Of a stretch of DNA of 64,000 nucleotides, positions 49,757-63,965 are shown one piece after another. Within the stretch, counting starts at the first letter, position 1. Each line of letters opens with the position of its first letter. The notes under the pieces were generated by a model. That model saw nothing but the letters and a program-made list of their open reading frames with translations. It was not told the origin of the DNA and did not search any database. The stretch comes from Octopus bimaculoides (Eukaryota): assembly GCF_001194135.2 (NCBI RefSeq), contig NC_068997.1:26777945-26841944 (forward strand), given 5' to 3'. The translations under genes and the position numbers were made by a program.

Positions 49757-52700
49757 AACAATTCATTTTATTATCCATTAACCACAACCAATTTCTGATT
49801 TCCAGGAGGAAGGTACTATATGGTAGCATACCAAGATGATTGATAAAATAACACTGGATGTTTCACTAAAGGACATACCTATACCCAGTAGGAAAGATTA
49901 TATACGTGATCTTTTGGAGAAAACGAACCAATTTGTTCATAGAATGCACTGGAAAGCTTTCTTTTTCGACAAGGAGCTTAGACCAAATGACAAACCTGAA
50001 CATGGTGACCTACTAAGAAAAGTATTCAAATCTAGAAGGAANNNNNNNNNNTACATCTGCACCACCGGATGCTCCTGAACCAGTTGTTGAGTGTCCCGCC
50101 TGAGAGGAATCAATGCTAGTTGTGTCAAAACAATTGTCGTGATTAATAATAGATTCTTGTATATTCCATCTTTTGTCTTTCATTTGCCATATACCTAACG
50201 ATCGATGTGAAAGTGACTGCGCTTTACCAGTAAGCTACCGGGTGTAAACAATTCATTTTATTATCCATTAACCACAACCAATTTCTGATTTCCAGGAGGA
50301 AGGTACTATATGGTAGCATACCAAGATGATTGATAAAATAACACTGGATGTTTCACTAAAGGACATACCTATACCCAGTAGGAAGGATTATATAGGGGAT
50401 CTTTTGGAGAAAACGAACCAATTTGTACACAGAATGCAGTGGAAAGCTTTCTTTTTTGACAAGGAGCTTAGACCAAATGACAAACCTGAACATGGTGACC
50501 TACTAAGAAAAGTATTCAAATCTAGAAGGAACCCACTGACCAACCAACACCTAACTAGATTTGAAGAAGAATTATATAGTATAGTCAAGAACATGAAGTT
50601 CAGGAAGTACCCTAGAAGGTGTAGTATACATCAACAGAAAATCAGAAAATTCTTGTCGGCTTCAAGAAAGCTCAGAGGATACTTGTATCAGCAGACAAAA
50701 CAAGTAACATTTACATTGTTGATACTGAACTATATAAGTCTATGATTAGGAAGGAATTACGCAGCAAATAGAGACACGCTAGTAACAACGTATTAAAAAG
50801 AATTAACAATACAGGGTTACAAATCATCAGAGATTAAGCCATATATAATAGAACCGAACCCTAAGTCCCTCAAAAACCCCGGATTTTGCTTAAGGACCAT
50901 AAACCTAACTTTCTTATTGACCCCTCAGATTCATTTGTCCTTCTAAATATGATATTGGCATTATTAGTAAAAATATCATTGATAGGGTAATACCCATTTT
51001 CAAGTCTAAAATTAGATTAGCCCTCTGGTCTGATACCCAAGATGTGGTTGGGTGGGTCAAGCTTCTAGAAATTAGTAAGAATAGTAAATTCTTGCAACTA
51101 GATATAGAGAGCTACTATGCCACTATCAACCTGATAGCATGAAAAATTCCGATCTGTCCCAACGTGAAATAGATATTATACTTATCACATGAGCCACTTC
51201 AGTAGATTTTGATGGTAGATTATGGAGTAGATTAGATTGGGAGAATACATTTGATATAGCAATGAGCTCACATGATTCTGTTCAAGCCAATGACCTAGTC
51301 GGAATATATATCCAATCATTAATCCAGTTTTCCTTTCCGGAAGTAACAGGGGGTCTATATAGGGATGACGCTTTATTTTTTCTAGACAGAAGTAGTTAAG
51401 TACAGTTAGGAAGGCATAGGAAAACTTTCTTTAGACTTTTCAAAAATTTAGGACTAGACATTACAATAGGTAAAGATTTATCCTAGAGTGAGTTTTCTTG
51501 ACGCTACCTTCTGTCTTGATACTGGATTATTTGAACCATTTCATAAGCCAAATGATCATATTAAGTACATTAACATAATATCCAACCATCCACCCTCAAT
51601 TATACGGGGACTAGTTAAGAATATTTCTATAAGAATCTCTAAATTGTCTGCTATCAATAAAATTTTCAAATCTCATGCATCTTATTATAATGATGCTCTA
51701 GCTAGGGCTGGGTACCATGAAAAAATTCAATATATAAAAGAAGTAGGCATATGCAACAGTGGTAATCCTCCAACTGTGATGCACATTGTATACCACCACA
51801 ATGTTACTGTTTGAGAATCGCTCAGATAAAGAATACAGGCCAGAAAGAATTGGTCATATCAATGAACTACCAACGAAAACTCATTGACACACGCAACATA
51901 ATAACCCAACTACTTGTTCCAATTCTGTACACCACACTCGATGAAATAAGCCTAACAACAGATGTAGGAATCAGGATGTCCTCTGGTTCAACCCCATTTT
52001 CAGTTTGCATGTTTAAACCAAGATCACTGGAAAATTTTTTGCTGCTTTGGACAAGTGTTTTCCTAGATCTAATCAGTAACATGTTATTTTTAATCGACAC
52101 ACCGTGAAGGTATCCTACACCAATTCTACTAATTTAGAGCAGCTTAGGGATCGCATAAACGATAGCAAAATGCGGCAAAGGTTCAATAACCCACCTACTG
52201 GATCTAGCGAACATTTGCATCTCAATACCAACCAAGAAGATGTAAACTTCATTGATAAACTCCGGCTACGACTAATTTCTAGTAGTAGAAATACTTATGA
52301 TACAGCTAACATGGTAACAACACCGGTAAATGGAGTCAGGACTGCCTTATATACAAATAAATACGATAAATGTTCATGCAAAGAAAAATCAAAATGTCCT
52401 TTAATAAATCTCTGTATGAGTACAAATCTTGTATATAAATGTACTGTGCACACAAGGGGAGGGCCCTATGTTTACATTGGGTAGATGGCTTATTCATTTA
52501 AGAATTGTTATCATAACCATGTTGCCAGCTTTAAGACAATCAATAAGAGACATTCAGCATCTTTGGCAGGAATTTTGTCTGGCGACTGAAGGAGGATAAA
52601 ATGAAGTACAGCATTAACTGGTCCATAGTAAGGTATGTGAAACCATACAATATAATTTTCAGGAGATGCCTTCTCTACTCCGAGAAACCCCTGTCTATTC

Positions 52701-53370
52701 TGTGGACTAACAAGAATATCATTAATAGAATTTCTGAATGACTCTTGAGATGCTTACACGCATATAAATGTACTTTCGCACAATGCAGTGAGAATGATTT
52801 TTGAGTAACCGTTAACTTAACTTAATTTACTTTAAGGTATGCATGACTTAAGTTTACTTCTAACCTCTCCATTCTTATTAACACCAAGTAGATAACTAAC
52901 TCGCTTTGTGATCATGAGAGCACTAATCCTCACGTGTGCGTATGCTCACATTTTTGAAGATGCTTGTATGAGTGAGTGTACTCGTGCCATGCAGCTTGCT
53001 CGAGAGCATTTATACATCCATATCTGTTAACAGTTATTTTTAATACTTTTCTTACTGGATTGCGTGTTCATTTCTCTTTTTGTCATCTGTGATTTTATTT
53101 TTGATCTTCTATTTAAATGTAGATATTTCCTCTGTCCAGCTACTTTTCTTTGTACAAAATGGAAAGTTACATTGTGGAACAGTCATTTTAATGAGTTATA
53201 TGTATTTATCACCCAACGAGATACACCTGCACCACCAGGTGCTCCTCAACCAGTTGTTGAGTGTCCCACCCAAGAGGAATCGATACTAGATGTGTTGAAA
53301 CAATTGTCGTGATTAATAATAAATTCTCATATATTCCATCTTCTGTCTTTTAGTTACTATTTATATCGTC
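49757..53370 (+). mobile_element. Decayed Penelope-like element (RT + C-terminal GIY-YIG) with tandem partial copy and pseudo-LTRs
   Basis: N-terminus SLKDIPIPSRKDY...RMQWKAFFF; RT motifs LDIESYY, GLYRDD (51352-51369), FLD...SNHPPSII; CSCKEKSKCPLINLC linker; LVYKCTV...YVYIG endonuclease; repeat 50052-50190 matches 53221-53360. Confidence 0.92.
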
Positions 53371-55948
53371 AATCATTGCCCCTCATGTACCTAGTCCTTG
53401 CCTGTTTCCATGGGTTGGGCAGTTTGACAGAAGCTAGTAAGCCAAAGAGCTGCACAGGCTCATATAAATATAATATATGTGTATAAATACATATATGTAT
53501 ATGCATATATATATAGATATATACATACATACACACATGCACACACACACATTCATATACACACACATGTATATATATGTGAACAAACCTACATCTATTT
53601 ATAAACATAAAATTTTATCAATATAAACATTTATTTTGGAAAAACAATTTTCCCATTTATTTGGCAAAGATTACTGTAAATTTAATCCCCATACAGTTCT
53701 GTTAAAATCCATCACAGAACTATGGATATAACAAAGAACCAATTCCAGCAAATTCTGATATTCAAATAATCTACAAAGACAATGCTTGATAAATAAATAG
53801 ATATATCATAGCATTTTACATTAACGATATTCTGTCCTTGCCATACACCACTCATTAGCCAATCAGAAGCTATGTAATATTAATATATGCAAACAGCTAA
53901 ATTCTTCACTTTCTCTTGGCTTGACATCACATCAATGTCAGCATCTTTTAATAGGAATGTTTGCATTGTCTTCCACTGGTACCGATCATGAAATATTTGT
54001 TTTTGGAAACATTTAAAAAAAAATTTTTTTCTGTTTCTTTTTTTTTTTAACCAGGTGGAAGGGTAACGCTCATGAAATTTTGCAGGGTTTCTTAGAGTGG
54101 TAGAAGGGCAGGCAGGAGGAAGTTATAATCAAACTGGAGATCTGACTGGGCCTGAATGCTTCCAACAGTGTGCATCCTGGTAAAGGCATCTATGGTACCA
54201 GCTGGGGGATGGATTAAAATCTATCAACTAGGTAGGACATGGTGAGATTTGTACTCAGAAAGCAAAGAACCAGAAAAACTACGGCAAGATGCTCTAACAT
54301 TTTTGTTAGTCTGCATCCTTAACTAAAATAAATACAGCCAATCATCACTCACAAGTGAATGATGACTGGCTGTATTACGTACCATGCTTTCACCAATTGT
54401 TTTAGGTGCCTATATAATCAAGAGCAGATGTAGACACTTTGTATAGGTCTCCTCACTCTTGATCCAGGAAGATATCCAGGATGTGAAAGAAAAGGAACCG
54501 AGGTATGGCTCAGGATTTTCATACAGTTACCTTTTCATTCAATTTCAATACACTCACTGACTACGTATGACTACATTCATGAAAATATATTTAAAGGGAT
54601 AACTGTATATATATCCTTTCATTCGTATGGTAAGAGTAAAGATTGATAGAAGGGATTATGGAGTAGAAGTTGCTATCAAGACTGAACTGTGCTACAAACT
54701 TTCTCAAAACCTATCCTTATTTATGATAGTGTCTTGAGCCTTCATATATTGTTCCACAAAAGCAAATTTCTCGCTCTGAAAAGTGCCCATGCACTTTTAA
54801 CTTCTTAAACTCACTAATACTCTGTATGCATCCTTCAAAAGAAAAATGATAACCTAACTTCCATCAGCTCATAATAAACCCTGAAGAAGTCCTATTCCAT
54901 ATAGTTAGAATATGATACCTTTTGTTTTCTATTTGCGTCTTTATGTTTTCGTTTCTCATTGTGTTTAACACTTTTTTGTGATGTCCTGTACCCATATATA
55001 CATGTATGCATACATATAGATGTAGGTATGTACATATATGTATGGATATATGCATATAATTATATATTTATATATATATATATATATATATAAATATATA
55101 TATGCCACTCCATTGACGTTGTAGGTAATTTGCATGTGTATTTTCTGTCCAAAGCACAAATAAGATAGTTTGATTAGATTATGTAATTTCATCAATTGAT
55201 TGTGTAGTCCTGTCCATTGTTTTATTGAAAAATGTGTATGTTTTTATAAAGCTTGAAATACCAAATATATTTTCTGTTTATTATATTTACATTCTTATAC
55301 ACACACACACACATGTATGTATGTAAGTATATATATGTGTGTATGTATATATATACTTATTAAAATGCTACAGGAATGTATCATTAGAAGAATGCTTTAA
55401 AGTATCGTCATGGCCACCACCACCAACCTTCCTACCATCATCTTCATTATCATTGTCTCTATTAGTTCAGCATAATCATTGTAATTATCAGTTTTAATAT
55501 TCCACTTTTCCACGTTTGCATGGTTCAAATGTACTTTGACGTGACAGATTTTCTACATCATGGTAATCTTCGTGTTTCCAACTTTCATTTGTTTCAGAGT
55601 AAAGTAATATTTTCCCTTGTCCCTTGATCATAGACAACATAATAGTTGAGAGAGAGAGAGAGAGAGAGAGCAATGAAAGAAATAAAAGAATTAAAGAAAA
55701 CAATAAATGACATTCTAAGTTCATGATTAAAATTATTATTCGCTTAGTAATCAGAGAAGTGCAAAGATAGAAGAGATGCAGAGGAAATATCCAAAAATAA
55801 ATATTAAAATAATTATCCCCCAAAAGAAATCAAGGCAAAAATGTCCATATGTAGCATGTATCTATCTATCTATCTATCTATCTGTCTGTCTGTCTGTCTA
55901 CCTGCCTGCCAACCTACCTACCTATCTACCTATCTATCTATCTATATA

Positions 55949-56017
<69 letters not shown>

Positions 56018-56396
56018 ACACCTACCTACCTACCTCCCTCCCTCTCTCCCTACCTACCTACCTACCTACCTACCTACCTATCTAGCTATCTACCTGTCTG
56101 TCTGCCTATCTATCTATGTGTGTCTATGAGTATATACATAAAAGAGGAGAGAATGAGTTTGAGATGGTATGGAATGAAAGAGTTTAACGAATTGGTAATT
56201 AATGTACCACATTCTTTATATTTATCTACTTTGTCATTCCTATTAATGAAACTATTGTGTGGATCTCCTGATAATTGCCCTAAGTCACTAGGATGGTCAT
56301 AAAAACAAGTAAATAGCGCTGAGCTATAAGATTTCAGTTTTATTATGATTAATTGACTTAAATTTTATGTAACATATAATACACTTGTTGATGATG

Positions 56397-56444
<48 letters not shown>

Positions 56445-56966
56445 NNNNNNNNNNNNNNNNNNNNNNNNNNNNNNNNNNNNNNNNNNNNNNNNNNNNNNNN
56501 NNNNNNNNNNNNNNNNNNNNNNNNNNNNNNNNNNNNNNNNNNNNNNNNTATATAAGTCAATAAATGGTGGGGTTGTGTTACATGTTTGGTTTGTTTATAA
56601 TCCTGTTGACATGCCCATGAAGTGATTTAAATTTATTCTCTATTGCAGAATTATTTCACAAGCTGATTGTGTTTCAAATCAGGATATCTGAGGAAGGGAA
56701 TGAGCAATAATGTGGCATATATCACATGCATTGCATAACTTTATATGTGGTTTTGAATAAATGATGTTCGTTTGTGGAAATGATTTTAACATCTATTTGA
56801 CTTCTCTTTTTCTCAATTAAATTAATTAATATTCACTCTGTAAAACCTATAACATGCCTACTGGATCATAACTTGGATTCACAAAGTGCTCCTTTTTATC
56901 GTTTTATTAAAAAAAGTGTAACTGATCTTCCTTTGTTATTGGCATACTATACTAACCAGGAAGTGC

Positions 56967-57043
56967 TGGTGAAGTGATTGCCCAAATTCATCATCATCAT
57001 CGTCATTTAATGATGATGATGAATTTGGGCAATCACTTCACCA
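56967..57043. repeat. Perfect inverted repeat, 34-bp arms with 9-nt spacer
   Basis: 56967-57000 is the exact reverse complement of 57010-57043. Confidence 0.92.
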
Positions 57044-58108
57044 ACATATTTATCCCCCAATTATTTATATATATATATATCATCATCATCATCACCATCA
57101 TCATTTAACATACATAGTCAATGCTGGCATGGATTGGATGGTGTGACCAGGGCTGATAAGCTGAGGGTCTGCACCAGACTCTGGTCTGATTTGGTATGGT
57201 TTGTATGGCTGGATGCCCTTCCTAACGCCAATCACTCCGAGAGAGTAATGGGGGCTTTTATGTGCTACCATCACGGGTGCCAATTATGTGACACCAGTAT
57301 CTGCCACAACTATGATTTCACTTGGCTTGATGGGTCTTCTACACAAGCACAGCATATTGCCAAAAGTCTCAGTCATTTGTCATTGCCTCCATGAAGCCCA
57401 ACACTCAGGTGCTTTTTATGTGCCACAGGCATAGGTGCTAGTTACATGACACTAGCATCAGCAGTGACTACGATTTCACTTGGCATGATGGGTCTTTTCA
57501 AGCATGGCATATCACCAAAGATCTCAGTCACTAGTCATTGCCTCTGTGAGGTCTATATATATATATATATAAACAAAATCGAACAAACATACACAGGGTA
57601 TGTGTGTTGTTAGTTCATGGGTCAACTGCAGTTTTTAGGCATAAGAGAATATATTCTCTTTGTGCCTGGTGTAAAAAACACCTGAAAGTAAATCAATCAA
57701 GTGAGACAATTCATATCAAGTCCTTTCTTTGAGCGACAGACCTTGAATTTTTCTGTTGCATGAAATCTTAGAACATGCCANNNNNNNNNNNNNNNNNNNN
57801 NNNNNNNNNNNNNNNNNNNNNNNNNNNNNNNNNNNNNNNNNNNNNNNNNNNNNNNNNNNNNNNNNNNNNNNNNNNNNNNNNNNNNNNNNNNNNNNNNNNN
57901 NNNNNNNNNNNNNNNNNNNNNNNNNNNNNNNNNNNNNNNNNNNNNNNNNNNNNNNNNNNNNNNNNNNNNNNNNNNNNNNNNNNNNNNNNNNNNNNNNNNN
58001 NNNNNNNNNNNNNNNNNNNNNNNNNNNNNNNNNNNNNNNNNNNNNNNNNNNNNNNNNNNNNNNNNNNNNNNNNNNNNNNNNNNNNNNNNNNNNNNNNNNN
58101 NNNNNNNN

Positions 58109-58151
<43 letters not shown>

Positions 58152-58429
58152 ATGTATATATGTATATGTATCACACACATATACAGAGAAAGAAGGGGAG
58201 AGAGAGAGCGAATCTGCAGAAAGTTCAGGAATTTACGATGGCTATTTCCTTAATTGTGTTTTATAACGAAATAATATTTAACACCATTTATATAGGGAAA
58301 CGGCAGCAGAAGAAAATGCGGTTAATGTATATCAATATACTAATCATTATCAATAAACTCATAAATAATTAATTAGCATTCAGCTAAAATGTTAAAAAAC
58401 AAAAAAAAAATGCTAAAAAACATTATAAA

Positions 58430-58475
58430 TTAAGCCTGGAAGAGAAAGCCAGGTTGGCGGTGCTGAATGAATAAC
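58430..58475 (+). promoter_or_regulatory. Putative first (5' UTR) exon of a third gene; start approximate
   Basis: Donor AAC|gtaagc at 58476; the surrounding 58.3-62 kb region is visibly richer in CpG than the rest of the window. Confidence 0.4.
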
Positions 58476-58696
58476 GTAAGCTAGAGTTATGTCCCTTGCC
58501 TGCAATCGCACCGTTTTACTGCGTATATGAATGCACACAGCTGTGTGTGAGTGTGTGTATGTATTAGTGTAGTGATACTGTCTGTTCGTATATATATGTA
58601 TGTGTGTGGTGGGTCGTCGTGTTGGCCACGAAGATTTGCCAATGACAACTTGTTTTAACCGAGCTTCACTATGTCACCTTATTATTGTATAGGCTT

Positions 58697-58777
58697 ATGG
58701 AGCAGATAAACACCTCAACACAGCAACAATGCCAGCAGATGACAGATAATGACGAGAAGACACTGAGGAAAGTTACT
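58697..58777 (+). CDS. Putative first coding exon of an unidentified gene (MEQINTSTQQQCQQMTDNDEKTLRKVT)
   Basis: Acceptor ttattgtatag at 58692 and donor gtaagt at 58778; the only frame open across the exon; no further exon identified in the window. Confidence 0.45.
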
Positions 58778-58885
58778 GTAAGTGATAAGAATGCTTTATG
58801 TTGGTCTTTAAATATTTTCGCCCCCCCCCCTTCATTACTCGCGGTGCTTGTTGCTTAAACCGATCTCACACACACACACACACTC

Positions 58886-58931
<46 letters not shown>

Positions 58932-61900
58932 NNNNNNNNNNNNNNNNNNNNNNNNNNNNNNNNNNNNNNNNNNNNNNNNNNNNNNNNNNNNNNNNTATAT
59001 ATATATATATATATATATGTACACACACACACACACTCTCATATATATATATATATATACATATATGATATATGTATACACACACACACTCTCTTATATA
59101 TATATATATATATATATGTACACACACCCACATCATGTGTTATATTTCTGAAAGATACATATGTACATTTCGTAAATATATTCATTTGTATATGTTAAAT
59201 AAATATACATTTTCATATGTATAAAAATAGATGTATATAAATGAATTTATATAGTGTATTGCTATGTTTGTGTGTGTATATATATATGTGTATCATACAC
59301 GTGTATATGTGATTATATATACACACGTGTGTGAGTATATATATGCTGAATATAGTTGTTCTACTCAGATACATTCATATATCTATATATACGTGTGCGT
59401 ATGCATATATTACACACCTACATTATACACACACATGTATATTATGTAATATTAATTATTTATATATACACATTATTTATTTATATTCGCACAGTTTTAA
59501 ACCTCTATATGTACGATTGCTGCTTTCTATTGGGCTCGACGTGTCTTTATTTTGTAGATTATATCTAACCCCTACGCACAAATTTTTTTACTTGGTACTT
59601 TCATTACCCGTTATTTAACTATTTCTATATATTCTCATATCATTTTCATTATAAAACAAATAGTGAAAATAATCCACGCAGAAAATTTTTCAATAAGTAC
59701 AGAATTCGTAGTAAGTAAATTTCATACATATTATTTAAAAAAACAAAAAACAACGGTAATAACCGGAACTCTTTTCCTGCTAGATTATTAATTAAATCCC
59801 TAGTCTTCAATCGCAGTCAGTCAAAATTAGTTAATGTTTGTATTTACTATTATTAATGATAAAATTGGAAAGGCAGCCAGCTCATCAAGTCCGGTGTATT
59901 TTACTATTACTTGGTTGGTTCGCGTCTCTCAGCTGGAACAACTTGTCATCACTTAATTTCTGTTTAATTAGTCAGAGCAAGCACTACTAGTCATATGAGG
60001 ACACACACATACACACACAAAAGACATCTATATATATAGTATTGAAGCTGAGTGTAGTTAAGGTAAGCCTAAGCCTTTATATTGATATGTGGCTTAGGCT
60101 AAGTCCAAGTGCCCTCAACGTTCATTGAATATTTTCCCTTAATTAAACCGGTTAAGCTTTACTTCAATGTGTTTTTATTAGATACCAACACTATAGAATT
60201 TCTTAACTCGTTGACCTTCGCCCTTTATACTAAGTAAAAAAGACCGTACGTTACAACCCCACACCAGTTTATATACCATAACCAGGAATATACTATATAT
60301 ATACGTGTGTGTGTGTGTGTGTGTATGTAGTCATTCATGCAATGAGTGGTGAGTGTTGTAAAGCCTTATTCAGCTCTAGTTTCCGCTCCCGGCTGTTGCC
60401 ACTTCGCACGTATTCCGTGTTTGATAGGTTTAAAAATTTATCCGTCATTCTTGGGGCGACACTTAAAATAACTCGTAATTTTATTATTATTATTATTAAT
60501 AATATACAATATCATTATCCACTCCCGATTTATTGCTCATGGTGTATGTATGTGTGTGTATCTATCTCTCTCNNNNNNNNNNNNNNNNNNNNNNNNNNNN
60601 NNNNNNNNNNNNNNNNNNNNNNNNNNNNNNNNNNNNNNNNNNNNNNNNNNNNNNNNNNNNNNNNNNNNNNNNNNNNNNNNNNNNNNNNNNNNNNNNNNNN
60701 NNNNNNNNNNNNNNNNNNNNNNNNNNNNNNNNNNNNNNNNNNNNNNNNNNNNNNNNNNNNNNNNNNNNNNNNNNNNNNNNNNNNNNNNNNNNNNNNNNNN
60801 NNNNNNATATATATATATATATATATACATACACACTTATGCTCGCATACATTCATCAAATTCATTCCATATATCGACTAATAGTTGGAAATTTGGTGAA
60901 TGTTCTCTCCTCGAAGAACTGCATGGAACTTTCTTTGTGTCTGTCGTACTACTGTTAAAACACTGTGTAACACGCACACAAAAGTGTTGTGGCCATGCTA
61001 GAGTATCGCCATTGAGTGTGTATCTAATTAATAATACAAAAATGGGGGTATAATCATAAACGAACCAAAATGACACCTATTAAAAGATACATATGTATTT
61101 TTATTTATATATTCGTAATTCCTTGATCGCTTTGTTTTCAACAGAATATGGTAAGAAATATGTCGGAGTAAATGATAGTGTTAGTAAATTTATTGCGTGT
61201 ATTAATTCTTAACCCATTATCCGGTTTAATGCAACCACCTGGCACCTTGGGGCCGTTAGCGGAGTGTACTTTATTATAAGCATTTGGGGACCAGGCCTCG
61301 GATTTGAGGATAACTCCATCCCTTTCTGCTACCAGTCTCAGAGGCCATGTAAGGGGTCATGGCAATGCCGATTAAAAAAAAAAAGGTGGGGAGATAAAGT
61401 TTCGCATGATAGCTCTGTTACTATCGAATGATATAGTAGTAATGTGTGTGTGTGAGAGAGAGAGAGACACACATACAGATATATACGCGCTCACCTGTGT
61501 AGTTTATGTGTATATAATTATCGTACGATTTAATTATGTACAGGTTAGCCTGTCTTTCATATATATATATATATATATATATACGTTTATCTATTTGTTT
61601 TGCAAGATTCTTGATGTGAAGTTGGGTGTTGAAACACGTATATTTGGGGATGACGATACCCAAATATAACAGCATACGCATACACATAAATAGATAGATA
61701 GATAGATAGATAGGAGAATGACAGAGCGGGATATCAATTATGAATAACTTAGATTAAACGATGGTTTCTCATTCTTTCTTGAGTATCGTGCGTGCCTTTC
61801 ATCGTGAGTGAGTTCGAAAACCGCACAGCCTGGTTTCGATTCGCGTTTAGCACTGCTTCGTTTATGAATATCACTGGGTTACATCTATGTATGTGCGTCA

Positions 61901-63268
61901 CACACACACACACACATTAACGAGAAGAGGATTTTAGTCTGAATTACTGAAATTGAATGGTTTCTCGTCTCTGTTTGTAAGTTTCGATTGAATAAATAAT
62001 TAAAGCAACAGGATTAGGGTGTTGAAGTATTTTTCTGTATTATTTTTCACACCCATTTTAATAAATGATTATAATCCTTAGATGACAAAACACACTGTGC
62101 ACATGGATGTGAGTGTGTGTACACACCATACACACACACACACACACACTACCGACAACATTCAAACCGTTTAAATTCAAGTTTTTTGTTCTGAATAAAA
62201 TATTAATGCTGACAATTCTGTTGACGTATTCCTACACTGCTTACGTCCTCGTTTTTTTCCTTTTTTGTTGCTCTGTTTACTCTCACACCCCCACATCTTT
62301 CTCTCTGTATGTTTTATATATGTGTGTGTATGGCTAAGAAGCTTGCTTTGCAATCACATAGTTTTGGGTTCAGTCCCACTGCACGGCAGCTTGGCTGTTT
62401 TCTATTATAATTTTGGGCTGTGTATTTTTATCTATCTCTATGTTTCTAAGTATATACATGTATGTGTGTATTTGTAGATATCACTGACACAATTCCACTG
62501 TATAAAAACACTCACAAAATAGGCTTCCTGTAGTTTCCATCTATCAAATTCACTCACATGCCACTGAGTAGCCCAAGTCTATAAAAGAAGGCTCTTACCC
62601 AAGGCGCTGCATAGTGTTTGTGCACTGAACTCCTTAACTACAGCCATGGATGTTTGCTTAAGTAAAAAGCACCATCCAAACGTAGTCGATGCCACCCCCA
62701 CCCACCCCCACATCCTGATAGGGTCCTGTACCGGTAGCATGTAAAAAAGCACCATCCGAACATGGCCAATGCCAGTGCCGCCTCAGTGGCTTCCATACCA
62801 GTAGCATGTAAAAAGCACCCACGACACTCTTGGAGTGGTTGACTTTAGGAAGGGCATCCAGCGATAGAAACCTTGCCAGATCAGAATTGGAGCCGAGTAC
62901 AGCCTCCTGGCTTGCCAGTCCCAAGTCAAACCGTCCAACCAATGCCAGCACGGAAAGCGGACGTTAAACAATGATGATATGTGTGTGTGTGTGTATGAGT
63001 GAGATTTCACCACTAGAATTACCACTTTGTTGTCTGTTCTACCTCAAAATTTGCCTCTGGATGTTTAGATTCATCTCTACATTGCTCAGCTGCCTTTTCT
63101 CATCCCTGGATTTCACTACTGGACTTACACTTTGCTGTGATTTTCATCTCTGGAACATACCACTGGACCTTTTCTGAACTGTCTCCATTTGTGTAACATG
63201 TTTTCAAAACTCCTTTTCAGAAACTTACCTTCACTTGTGCTTTTTCCATTTTTTTCTTTCCTATGTAA

Positions 63269-63304
<36 letters not shown>

Positions 63305-63965
63305 GTGTGTGTGTGTGTGTATATATATGGGGATTGGGGTTTTTTTCAGTGTTTAACCGCAAATTCTTTCTCCTGCTGTTTCCCACTTTTGTTTTTATTC
63401 GGAAATTGTACCTGTTACATAACCTGACTTTTTACCAATGTTATTATTACTTAACCATTCTTTTATATAATTTTGTATATTTTTCAGTGTTTTATATATT
63501 TACTCATTTTTACTATTCATGTTGTTTTCCTTGGTGCGTTTTCGTACCTTCCGTTTTACCTCCTCTTACTTCACCTACAATGTGATCCCTTGATCACTCT
63601 GGGTACCATCTTCCCACACGTGCAAAATCAACACACCTACACACACCCCCAAGAAACCAAATGCACCCCACACCACCACCATAAACACACACTTCCATCT
63701 GTGCCCATCTCTGTACACAAATATTCTCTTGTACATGCTCTTTCCACCCTACTTTCTCGACCTTTCCTAACTTCTCCCATAGAACTCCATTCCCATCTGG
63801 CCCTTTTTCTTCTTTCACATCACCTCTATATTTTTTCCCTCCTTTTTTTTTTCTGATGGAGGACTAGCATCTGAAACCCGATTCATTTATTTTTTCTTTT
63901 GAGCATTAAACTAATACATCTTTTGAAACTGTCCCTTTCATAATGTCTTCCTTTTCTGCTCATTG

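Noticed and set aside
50326-52750. Possibility that PLE in-frame stops are selenocysteine codons, as in some Naiad elements
   Set aside because: The interruptions include TAG/TAA and frameshifts, and the endonuclease is C-terminal; this is ordinary decay.
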